A program made the position numbers and the translations under genes. The notes beneath the pieces are model-generated. The model saw only the letters and a program-made list of their open reading frames with translations. It was not told where the DNA came from and ran no database searches. This document shows positions 30,296-38,831 of a stretch of DNA of 64,000 nt, piece by piece. Source of the stretch: a virus; IMG/VR virus record IMGVR_UViG_3300010157_000060, positions 7,672 through 71,671 of that record; one strand, written 5' to 3'. Numbering within the stretch: position 1 is the stretch's first letter; every line of letters starts with the position of its first letter.

Positions 30296-30942
30296 GCTAC
30301 ATATTCTTTGCTGGAGCTCCAGGATCAGCTTGGAGTAAAGTAGCTAAGAGCATATACTACTCACACGGCGTTGACCAAAGTGACTACTCAGATGATAGGA
30401 CGTATCACTTCTCCGATGGAGATGGAAAAGATCTGGACCACATCGGTAGCTACTTTGGTCCCGGAATGGAGTTTGGAAACTTATTTGATACTAACTTATC
30501 TAGGTACGACAAGAGAACTCTTGAGAGTGAGTTCAACGCCCCGTTCTCTGGAACGGGCTGGAGAATCATAAAGAGCCACTGCTTTTCTGATAACATAGAG
30601 TTCTTGAGATCTACTTGGCCAAAATCTCCGGTAGTCATATCTCTTAGGTCAGATGAGGACTGCCTCTACTGGTGGAAGTACGTTGGGCACTTTAATATCC
30701 CGTACCCGAGCTACGATTACTTTAGAGTTGAGAATGACGATCATCTATATACTAAGAGCTTGAATAACATATACGACTATATCAAGAAGAATAATAGAAA
30801 TATAGAGAAGTCACTTCTCAAGATTGGGTCAGCAAAGAAGATCATAGATAATAAGCAGCTGTGCGATTATCTAGGGTTAGAGTACCCAGAGGACTACATG
30901 AACTACGATCTAGAGTCAACTAACGTTTACGTGGTGAGATGA
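30292..30942 (+). CDS. Sulfotransferase-like / P-loop fold protein 2
   Basis: YIFFAGAPGSAWS, IIKSH, WPKSPVVISLR match the sulfotransferase layout; GTG start overlapping the previous stop. Confidence 0.5.
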   Translation: MSYIFFAGAPGSAWSKVAKSIYYSHGVDQSDYSDDRTYHFSDGDGKDLDHIGSYFGPGMEFGNLFDTNLSRYDKRTLESEFNAPFSGTGWRIIKSHCFSDNIEFLRSTWPKSPVVISLRSDEDCLYWWKYVGHFNIPYPSYDYFRVENDDHLYTKSLNNIYDYIKKNNRNIEKSLLKIGSAKKIIDNKQLCDYLGLEYPEDYMNYDLESTNVYVVR

Positions 30943-31559
30943 TGAAGATATTTGAATTAATGAAAACGGAGCCAGATGAAGTTCTCTGGGAGTTCGCCAA
31001 TGATGTTCATACGGCTATAGTTGACCTGTATTTCAGCAAGTACTGGATAAGCAGGTCTTACACATTTGAGCAGACCGGAGATGCTCTTATTAAAAAAGTA
31101 AATGATCTCAATCCGGAGTCAGTACTTGACGCCGGATGCGGTACCAACTACTTCAAGGGAAAGATCCAGAACTTAATTGGAATAGATCCCTTCAGCGATG
31201 CAGCTGACGTAAAGCAGGACTTCAGTGAGTACTATCTATCCAACCCCGGAAAGCAGTTCGATGTAGTTCTAGCACTCGGGTCTGTGAACTTTGGTCTCAG
31301 GGACAAGATACTATTTGAAGTGGACTTATTAGATAAGATGACGAAGTCGGGCGGTCATCAGTTCTGGAGAGTAAATGCCGGTAGGGCTGATCACGATTGC
31401 GATCACTTTCCGCTAGCGAACTTAATTGACTTCTACCCATGGAATAAGGACTTCGTAGAAGAGATAGCTAAGATCTACAACTACGAGATCCTCGAGTTCG
31501 GCTTTGAGCGCAACATTACTGATCATGAGAGGGTGTACTTCACTTTTTATAAATACTAA
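30939..31559 (+). CDS. Class I SAM-dependent methyltransferase 2
   Basis: VLDAGCG, LIGIDP, FDVVLALGSVNFG; paralog of 26495..27253. Confidence 0.75.
   Translation: MMKIFELMKTEPDEVLWEFANDVHTAIVDLYFSKYWISRSYTFEQTGDALIKKVNDLNPESVLDAGCGTNYFKGKIQNLIGIDPFSDAADVKQDFSEYYLSNPGKQFDVVLALGSVNFGLRDKILFEVDLLDKMTKSGGHQFWRVNAGRADHDCDHFPLANLIDFYPWNKDFVEEIAKIYNYEILEFGFERNITDHERVYFTFYKY
31548..31555 (+). promoter_or_regulatory. T4-type late promoter
   Basis: TATAAATA just before the second fibre cluster. Confidence 0.7.
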
Positions 31560-31577
31560 AAAATAAGGTGTTTATAA

Positions 31578-31904
31578 ATGGCCCAGAAGATCAATCTAGT
31601 CATCGATCAAGGTACTACGTTCTATACTACTTTCATCATCAATGACGACGCCGGCGTTCCGATAAACTTCACTAGTTATAACGGAACTGCGATGATGCGC
31701 AAGCACTACACCTCAACGAACGCCACCTCATTCACCGTGACAGCCAACAGCACTGGTGGAGTAAGCTTATCGATGAACTCAAACACTACCTCCAGCTTAG
31801 TGGCTGGAAGGTACGTATACGACGTTGAGCTCGTAGCTCCAGCGAACACGACATCTCGAGTAGTTGAGGGTATAGTCACCGTAACACCTCAGGTGACTAG
31901 ATAA
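31578..31904 (+). CDS. Small virion structural/adaptor protein (BppU N-terminal-like Ig fold)
   Basis: INLVIDQGTTF, GRYVYDVEL, RVVEGIVTVTPQVT. Confidence 0.65.
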   Translation: MAQKINLVIDQGTTFYTTFIINDDAGVPINFTSYNGTAMMRKHYTSTNATSFTVTANSTGGVSLSMNSNTTSSLVAGRYVYDVELVAPANTTSRVVEGIVTVTPQVTR

Positions 31905-32158
31905 TGACTGCTGTCACAGTTCACACCAGATCAGCCAACATCAAAGTAAAGTCTATATCCGGAGTCTTCACTCCGGTGCCCGGAAGCGCAGTGACCTTAA
32001 ACAACCAAGGATCGGTTGCCGGCGCAGCACAGAGACTAGATGGCATGGCCGACGTAGTAGAGGGAAGCACTCCCGCTAATAACTACACACTTGTATACCA
32101 CTCACTAGACGATAAATACTACGTCGAACCATTAAATTTAGACGGGGGAAGTTTCTAA
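31904..32158 (+). CDS. Small fibre-associated protein ending LDGGSF
   Basis: 84 aa; LDGMADV, TLVY, and the same C-terminal hexapeptide as the next gene. Confidence 0.6.
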   Translation: MTAVTVHTRSANIKVKSISGVFTPVPGSAVTLNNQGSVAGAAQRLDGMADVVEGSTPANNYTLVYHSLDDKYYVEPLNLDGGSF

Positions 32159-34672
32159 ATGTCAAATCTTATTCAGATAAAGAGATCTCTGAATACTGCC
32201 GCCCCTACATCATTAGCTAACGGTGAACTTGCCTATACTGCGAACGGTGATACCCTCGCTATAGGATCTAACGGTAGTATAGTATACATCGGAGGTAAGA
32301 GAAACCCCGGTGTCCTAACAGCGAATCAGGCGCTAGTCGCCAACTCAAGTAGCGCGATCGACAAGATCAACGTCGCTAACTTAGTTCCAACTTACATCTA
32401 CGCCAACGGTGCTTTTGGTACTGCTAACCAGTTCCTGACTGCCAACTCAACGGGCGGAGTCTACTGGTTAACTCCAGCTCCTTCTGTTACCGGCTCTAAT
32501 ACGCAGATCCAGTTCAACGACTCTGGAACTCTTAACGCTTCGGCTGGATTCATATTCAATAAGTCTACTAACACGGTCACTGTGTCGAACAACATGGTCG
32601 TTCTCCAGAAGCTCAACGTCGGCAACGCTGCCGGTTTCGACTTTGGAGCGACTGCCGCAATCGAGATCGACGGTAGCACCAACAGCTACATGCAGTCCAT
32701 TATCCAGAACGCGAACACCGGAAATAACGCGTCGTCTGACTTGGTCATAACCGCCGACACCGGCAACGACTCAGTTAACTTTGTCGACTTCGGTATCAAC
32801 AGCTCAACTTACGCCAACGCTCTGTTCAATATAACTGGAGCTCTCGATGCCTACCTCTACACATCTGACAGCCACCTAGCTATCGGTACGGCATCTGCTA
32901 CAAAAGAGCTCATATTCCACGCCGGTGGAACGACCTCAACTGACAGGAAGCTCACTGTTAACGCCTCATCGGTCAAGGTCAATACCTCTATTCAGTTCTT
33001 GGTGGGCGGCGAGTTCATAGCTAACTCAACTGGAGCTTATCACACTGGCGTAGTGAACGCGGCAACTCACAGCTCTGGCAATGGATTTACTGCCAACTCA
33101 ACTCTGGTGAACGCGGCCGCGATCAACGTGGTCAACCAAGTCAATACGGCTACTCTCTACGCCACCACCACGGTAAACGTTGGATCTCTAGTTCAAGCCA
33201 ACACCACTGCGCTTCTGGTTGGTTCTAACTCCACCGTCAATACGGTCATAACGCCTACATCGATCACTCAGGCGAACACGACGACCACTACTATGGTGGC
33301 CAACATAACCGGCATCTACCACAGCGGTACAATAAACGCGGCATCGCATACTGTTGGTACCTCTACTATCGCTAACTCGTCCGGCGTGTACACCACTGGC
33401 ACGATCAACTCGGCTTCGTTCACAACGACCGGCGTGACCGTCAACACCACTCAGGTATCGGTTGGCGCTAACTCATACATGAACGCGACAACGTACTTCG
33501 TTGGTAACTCCACTGTCAACACGAACATCTCGGCTGGCAGCATTGTCGTCAACGGCGCGATCACGGCTAACAACACCGGCGTATCACCGGCATCTAATAC
33601 TACCGGCACTGCGCTTGGTTCTGCTACAGCTAGGTTCGTTATCAACGCGAACACGATCAACGCTTCTGGCCTAATAACTGGAACAGCAGGCGCGGATATA
33701 ACAGGTACGGCCAACGCGTCGACGTCGATGTACGTTGGAGCTAACGTCTACTCAAATACGACAGCTAAGGCCGTTGGTAACTCTACCGTCAACGCGTACT
33801 TCACGTCATCTCTGTTCAGCGTAACGAACTCGACTTCTTCTGCTAACTTGCAGGCGGGCGTATTGACAATAGGAACGTCGGTGGTCAACACCACGGCGAT
33901 CGCAGTCGGTGATCTAGTAGTCAATGGTAACACGATAATCGGGTCTAATACGCAGGATATCGTAACTCTGAACGCTCTGGTCAACACCGCGATCATGCCT
34001 AACGCGAACGCGACGTACAACCTCGGTAACACCTCAATGAGGTGGAACGAAGTTCATGCTGCCAACGTTCACTCAGTCAAAGGATACTTTGATGGCGACG
34101 TTCAGATCTCCGGTAACTTAGTCGTTCTCGGTACTTCGGTGACGATCAACGTCTCCTCGGTCTCAGTTACCGACTCACTCCTAGAGCTGGCATCGAACAA
34201 CAACACGAACGACTTGATAGATATTGGTCTATTTGGTCACTACGAGTCCGGTCTAGCTCCAAATGAGCACGCAGGATTCTTCAGGGACGCATCTGACAAC
34301 GGTATATTCAAGTTCTTCCAAGGACTAACTGAACAGCCAACGACTACGGTAAACACCGCAGCCGCATCTTACTCTCAGGCTACAGTTCAAGCTTACTTGC
34401 TAGCGAGCGCCCTGATAGCCAACTCGACTGTCACCAACATAACAGCTAACAGCACGGTCTCAGTCGGCATCGTCGCGAATACGCTGACGCTATCTACGGC
34501 GCTCTCTGGTATATACGGTGGTACTGGCTTAACGACGTACACGCAAGAAGATATACTCGTAGCGAACAGCACTAACGGATTCAGGAAGCTATCACTTGGA
34601 TCCGACGGCTACGTTCTCCAGTCAAATGGAACTGCGCTCGTATACAACACACTTGATGGTGGATCTTTCTAA
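32159..34672 (+). CDS. Long fibre-like virion protein 2
   Basis: N-terminal IQIKRS...SLANGELAY head seen on phage fibres; GSNTQIQFND; YNLGNTSMRW; ends LDGGSF. Confidence 0.75.
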   Translation: MSNLIQIKRSLNTAAPTSLANGELAYTANGDTLAIGSNGSIVYIGGKRNPGVLTANQALVANSSSAIDKINVANLVPTYIYANGAFGTANQFLTANSTGGVYWLTPAPSVTGSNTQIQFNDSGTLNASAGFIFNKSTNTVTVSNNMVVLQKLNVGNAAGFDFGATAAIEIDGSTNSYMQSIIQNANTGNNASSDLVITADTGNDSVNFVDFGINSSTYANALFNITGALDAYLYTSDSHLAIGTASATKELIFHAGGTTSTDRKLTVNASSVKVNTSIQFLVGGEFIANSTGAYHTGVVNAATHSSGNGFTANSTLVNAAAINVVNQVNTATLYATTTVNVGSLVQANTTALLVGSNSTVNTVITPTSITQANTTTTTMVANITGIYHSGTINAASHTVGTSTIANSSGVYTTGTINSASFTTTGVTVNTTQVSVGANSYMNATTYFVGNSTVNTNISAGSIVVNGAITANNTGVSPASNTTGTALGSATARFVINANTINASGLITGTAGADITGTANASTSMYVGANVYSNTTAKAVGNSTVNAYFTSSLFSVTNSTSSANLQAGVLTIGTSVVNTTAIAVGDLVVNGNTIIGSNTQDIVTLNALVNTAIMPNANATYNLGNTSMRWNEVHAANVHSVKGYFDGDVQISGNLVVLGTSVTINVSSVSVTDSLLELASNNNTNDLIDIGLFGHYESGLAPNEHAGFFRDASDNGIFKFFQGLTEQPTTTVNTAAASYSQATVQAYLLASALIANSTVTNITANSTVSVGIVANTLTLSTALSGIYGGTGLTTYTQEDILVANSTNGFRKLSLGSDGYVLQSNGTALVYNTLDGGSF

Positions 34673-34689
34673 TAAGAGGAAATTATATT

Positions 34690-35124
34690 ATGAGTGATAA
34701 TGACGTCTCTTACTTGACTGCATATGTTCAGAAACTAGAAGCGAGCTACCTAGATGTACTCCGGAGATCTATAGACTTAGATCTAAAAGTCTCCGGAATG
34801 CTCGGTGCTTTTAACCAGTCTGAGCAGAAGTACAACGAGTCCCAGAACCAAGTCTCACTTCAGAACGAGATGATGGAGCAGGCAGCCTCTAGCATCAAGT
34901 CTCTTACTGAGACTAGGGAGATCCAAGACAGGGAGCTAGAGAGAAAGCAAGCTTTCATCATAGAGAAAGACAAGGAGATAGGCCAGCTAAACTCTCAAGT
35001 AAGCCGGCTAATCGAAGAGAACGCCGGTCTGAACAAGAAGATCGCGGATCTTCAGAATGAAATAAATAGACAGAACGGCGAGATGGCCGCTCTAATAGAT
35101 AAAGCACCAAAGAAGACTAAATAG
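34690..35124 (+). CDS. Coiled-coil protein
   Basis: 144 aa, heptad-rich; SD GAGGA; sits between two fibre genes. Confidence 0.65.
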   Translation: MSDNDVSYLTAYVQKLEASYLDVLRRSIDLDLKVSGMLGAFNQSEQKYNESQNQVSLQNEMMEQAASSIKSLTETREIQDRELERKQAFIIEKDKEIGQLNSQVSRLIEENAGLNKKIADLQNEINRQNGEMAALIDKAPKKTK

Positions 35125-35141
35125 TCTCTTATGAGGGCCAT

Positions 35142-37898
35142 ATGGCGAATACATTAATACAGCTCAAGAGATCAGCTGTTGCTGGTAAAGTACCTAATAC
35201 TACGACGCTCTCTACTGGTGAGCTGGCCCTCAACTTAACAGACAAGAAGCTCTTCTCTTCGGACGGCACCAACATCTTTGAGATGAACGCGAACAACGCG
35301 AACAACTCATCGTATCTTGGCGGCACGGCGGCAGCGAGCTTCGTCCAGAATACAGACAGCAGGACACTCTCCGGTAACTTGTACTTTACCGGAGCTAACG
35401 TGTACTTAGCGACATCGCTGTTCGTGGGCGATAACTCCAGCGTTAACACGAGCGCGCACTTCGTTGGTAACTCAACCGTCAACACCAACATCACGGCCGG
35501 CGCCGTCAATGTCAACGGAGCTATCTTAGCGAATAACTCGGGTCTGTACCCAGCTTCAAACACGGTAGGCCAGGCGCTTGGTAACACACTCTCTAGGTGG
35601 GCAATAACTGCAAGCACTATTGCCACGTCAGGACTCATAACTGCCTCAGCCGGTATAACAGTAGCAGCAGGCGCGTTTACTAGCTCTTTCACCGGCGCCA
35701 ACTTTAACGTATCTTCACAGACTACCGGCGGTATATACCTCGGCGGTCCTACGCAAACCGGCCCGATCGTCATCGGAGTATCCACTAATAACCAGACAAT
35801 GAACATAGCTACCGGAGCTACTATATCTGGTAACGTAAAGACCATCAACTTCGGTACATCCGGTGTAGCTGGATCAACGACAAACATCATTATCGGCACG
35901 GCTCTATCCAACTCGTTCATAACGATCAACGCGAACACAGCTAACATATATGGTGACTCCACTACGCTGACCGTCGGTAACTCATCTGTTTACTCGACCA
36001 TCAACTCAAGCGCTTTCTCAGGCGCGGCTAACACTGCTAACACTGCAAACAACTCATCATACTTAGGTGGAACTGCGGCGGCGAGCTACGTGCAGAACAC
36101 CGACTCGAGGACTCTGTCCGGAAACTTAGTGATCAGCGGTAACAGCCTCACTATCAACAATAACAAGTACCTGCGCTTTCAAACTCTAAACTCCACGGCC
36201 TACGCGTACTTCGTACAACAGAACGACGATAACTTCGTGTTCTACACTGCGGATTCAACTTACGGCGCAAAGGCGGTGTTCTCGGTCTACGCCAACACCG
36301 CAACTACGAACTTGAAGTTCAACGTACCTACTACTTTTTCTGGCAATTTGGACTTAAGCATCGTAGCTATAACGGCCAACGGTAGCACCGGATCTGCTGG
36401 TCAAGTACTCACGACGAACGGCAGCTCCACTTACTGGGCTACAGTGACTGCGACCGCGACGGTCAACCAAGCGGCCCAGTACACGTGGACCAACACCCAG
36501 ACGTTCTCAGCTAACATATCATTTACTGGAAACGGAATTGGACTGTCAACTAATACCGGCGCGATATACCTCAACGGCTTAGCAGATGCTAACTGGAAGA
36601 TCGGCAGGAATACCGGAGCGACGACTAAGCTCTACTACAGCAACAACACACTCGATATCATAGCTGCGAACTCGAACCTCGAGGGTATAGCTTTCGGCTG
36701 GACTGGAAACTCCTATCTAGAGACCGGATACGCTGGAACTTTCACTAGGAACTCAATCTTCGTTGGTAACTCCACTATCAACACGGCTATAAGCCCAACT
36801 TCATTCTCCGTGTTCTCCAACTCAACGGTGAACACAGTCATAAATGCTACCAGCATAACTACGTCAAACACTACGGCAGTGCCGTTCGTAGCAAATTCTT
36901 CGGGTATATACACTACCGGCGTCGCGAACGCGGCAACTCACAGCTCTGGCGCTGGATTTACGGCTAACTCTACGCTGGTAAACGCAGCGGCCATCAACAT
37001 AACCGGCGCCGTGAACTCAGCCACTCTCTACGCTACTACCTCAGCTAACATCGCCTCAGTCACTCTAGCCAACGCGACCGGCGTCTACACAACGGGCACG
37101 GTCAACGCGGCAACGCATACGTCCGGCTCTGGATTCATAGCTAACGCTACGGCGATAGTTGGTACCGGCTACGCTAATATCACGACCAGCGTTAACTCAG
37201 CTCTATTTACCGTCGGCACTACGTTTACAGCCAATGCTACACTAGTCAATGCTGCAGCTATAAACATAACTGGTCAAACCAACACGGCTACTTTCTTTGC
37301 CGCTACTTCAGCTAACGTTGGAGCAAACGTACAGGCAAATACTACTGCGCTACTGGTATCATCGAACTCGACCGTCAACACGATCATAACAGCTACGAGC
37401 ATCACGCAGGCTAATACTACCGCCACACCGTTCGTTGCTAACGTCACCGGCTTATATCATACAGGCTTAGTAAACGCGGCAGCCTTTACGACAACCGGTA
37501 ACGCGAACGCTGCTATCCACTACGCTGGTGCTAACGTTTATATAAATGCTACTGCTGCTTTTGTGTCTACTAACTCTACAGTTAACACAATCATAACAGC
37601 TACGAGCATCACGCAGGCTAATACTACGGCTACTCCTTTTGTAGCTAACGTAACTGGTCTCTATCATACCGGTCTAATAAATGCGGCTGCTTTCACGACT
37701 ACTGGTAATGCAAATGCGGCTATCCTCTATGCAGGCGCTAACGTCTACATGAACGCCACTACGGTCTTCGTGTCCACTAACGCTACAATGAATACCGTGG
37801 TATCTGCGAACCAGATAACACTCAACGGCTCCAACGTAGTCACAGTTGCGACTGCGCTGAAGGTATATTATGCAAACGGTACACAGGCATTCCCATAA
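35142..37898 (+). CDS. Long fibre-like virion protein 3
   Basis: N-terminal IQLKRS...LSTGELALN; duplicated NNSSYLGGTAAASxVQNTDSRTLSGNL; C-terminus nearly the same as fibre 1. Confidence 0.75.
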   Translation: MANTLIQLKRSAVAGKVPNTTTLSTGELALNLTDKKLFSSDGTNIFEMNANNANNSSYLGGTAAASFVQNTDSRTLSGNLYFTGANVYLATSLFVGDNSSVNTSAHFVGNSTVNTNITAGAVNVNGAILANNSGLYPASNTVGQALGNTLSRWAITASTIATSGLITASAGITVAAGAFTSSFTGANFNVSSQTTGGIYLGGPTQTGPIVIGVSTNNQTMNIATGATISGNVKTINFGTSGVAGSTTNIIIGTALSNSFITINANTANIYGDSTTLTVGNSSVYSTINSSAFSGAANTANTANNSSYLGGTAAASYVQNTDSRTLSGNLVISGNSLTINNNKYLRFQTLNSTAYAYFVQQNDDNFVFYTADSTYGAKAVFSVYANTATTNLKFNVPTTFSGNLDLSIVAITANGSTGSAGQVLTTNGSSTYWATVTATATVNQAAQYTWTNTQTFSANISFTGNGIGLSTNTGAIYLNGLADANWKIGRNTGATTKLYYSNNTLDIIAANSNLEGIAFGWTGNSYLETGYAGTFTRNSIFVGNSTINTAISPTSFSVFSNSTVNTVINATSITTSNTTAVPFVANSSGIYTTGVANAATHSSGAGFTANSTLVNAAAINITGAVNSATLYATTSANIASVTLANATGVYTTGTVNAATHTSGSGFIANATAIVGTGYANITTSVNSALFTVGTTFTANATLVNAAAINITGQTNTATFFAATSANVGANVQANTTALLVSSNSTVNTIITATSITQANTTATPFVANVTGLYHTGLVNAAAFTTTGNANAAIHYAGANVYINATAAFVSTNSTVNTIITATSITQANTTATPFVANVTGLYHTGLINAAAFTTTGNANAAILYAGANVYMNATTVFVSTNATMNTVVSANQITLNGSNVVTVATALKVYYANGTQAFP
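37383..37627 (+). repeat. 207-bp (69-aa) period tandem duplication in fibre 3
   Basis: The 38-mer atcataacagctacgagcatcacgcaggctaatactac occurs at 37383-37420 and 37590-37627; protein repeat NSTVNTIITATSITQANTTATPFVANVTGLYHTGL. Confidence 0.85.
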
Positions 37899-37914
37899 TA
37901 GGAGCAATATAATC

Positions 37915-38529
37915 ATGATTACAGAAGAACAGATCAAGCATGCTCAACTTAGCAGCAAGCCGGACATCGTCCATGCGCTGGTATCGAGCCTTGATACGTT
38001 ATCGAGCAAGTACGAGATCAACTCAGCACTTAGGCTGGCTCACTTCCTCGCTCAGACTGCGCATGAGTCCGGCGGTTTCCGAATCGTCGAAGAGAACCTC
38101 AACTACTCAGCGGATGGTCTCATGAAGATCTTCCCTAAGTACTTCAGAGACAAGGACCCAAACGAATATGCAAGACATCCTGAAAAGATTGCGAACGTTG
38201 TTTACGCCTCGAGAATGGGCAATAGCGATACTGCTTCTGGCGACGGCTATAAGTTTCGCGGCCGCGGACTTATCCAACTTACCGGAAAAAGCAACTATTC
38301 TGGCTTCGCTGCTGATTCCGGAATAAGTGTTGACGAGGCAGTCGCTTACCTCTCAACTCCATCTGGTGCAGTAGAGTCTGCAGCTTGGTTCTGGCACAAG
38401 AACGGTCTCAACAAGCTAGCGGACGCTGATGACGTCCCTGCAGTGACTAAGAAGATCAACGGTGGAACCATTGGTCTCGAAGATCGCCAGAAGCACACCG
38501 CTGAGTTCAAGCACATCCTAGGAGCTTGA
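37915..38529 (+). CDS. Glycoside hydrolase family 19 endolysin
   Basis: AHFLAQTAHESGGF, EENLNYS, FRGRGLIQLTG, SAAWFW, TKKINGG. Start at ATG 37915 after SD AGGAG. Confidence 0.9.
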   Translation: MITEEQIKHAQLSSKPDIVHALVSSLDTLSSKYEINSALRLAHFLAQTAHESGGFRIVEENLNYSADGLMKIFPKYFRDKDPNEYARHPEKIANVVYASRMGNSDTASGDGYKFRGRGLIQLTGKSNYSGFAADSGISVDEAVAYLSTPSGAVESAAWFWHKNGLNKLADADDVPAVTKKINGGTIGLEDRQKHTAEFKHILGA

Positions 38530-38530
38530 T

Positions 38531-38806
38531 GTGCCGGCAGCTCACAGGCAAGATGATCTTAGAAAATGCGGGGGCAAGACCATAGTAAGTGGTCAGGGCA
38601 GCGTGTACGTGAACGGTAAGCTGTGGGCTGTAGATGGAGATCAGAATGACCACGTAGGAGGAGCTCTAGCTCCTGCCGGAACTACGGTCAAGATCAACAA
38701 CAAGAAAGTAGTGGTAGTAGGAGATCTCGCAGCTGGGGATCTCCTTCACCCACCACCACCAACTGATGCTGATACGGGAAGCGGTGATGTAACTTGCTAT
38801 GGGTAA
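38531..38806 (+). CDS. PAAR-like spike tip protein (gp5.4-like)
   Basis: MPAAHRQDD, SVYVNGK, TVKINNKKVVVVGD, TGSGDV; GTG start. Confidence 0.75.
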   Translation: MPAAHRQDDLRKCGGKTIVSGQGSVYVNGKLWAVDGDQNDHVGGALAPAGTTVKINNKKVVVVGDLAAGDLLHPPPPTDADTGSGDVTCYG

Positions 38807-38831
38807 TAAATAATAAAAAAGGAAATGCACC

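Noticed and set aside
21897-31559. Cassette as a host-derived LPS/capsule island or a DNA hypermodification locus
   Set aside because: Not favoured, though not excluded. There are no nucleotide-sugar synthesis, flippase or polymerase genes and no dNMP hydroxymethylase-type gene; codon style matches the phage and the location is within late structural genes.
35129-35962. 277-aa minus-strand ORF and the many other antisense ORFs over structural genes
   Set aside because: Shadow frames of repetitive Thr/Asn/Ala-rich genes; no SD or recognisable motifs, and fully overlapped by well-supported + strand genes.
16758-37898. Diversity-generating retroelement acting on the fibres
   Set aside because: No reverse transcriptase in the window, and repeat copies differ mostly at synonymous positions rather than specifically at adenines.
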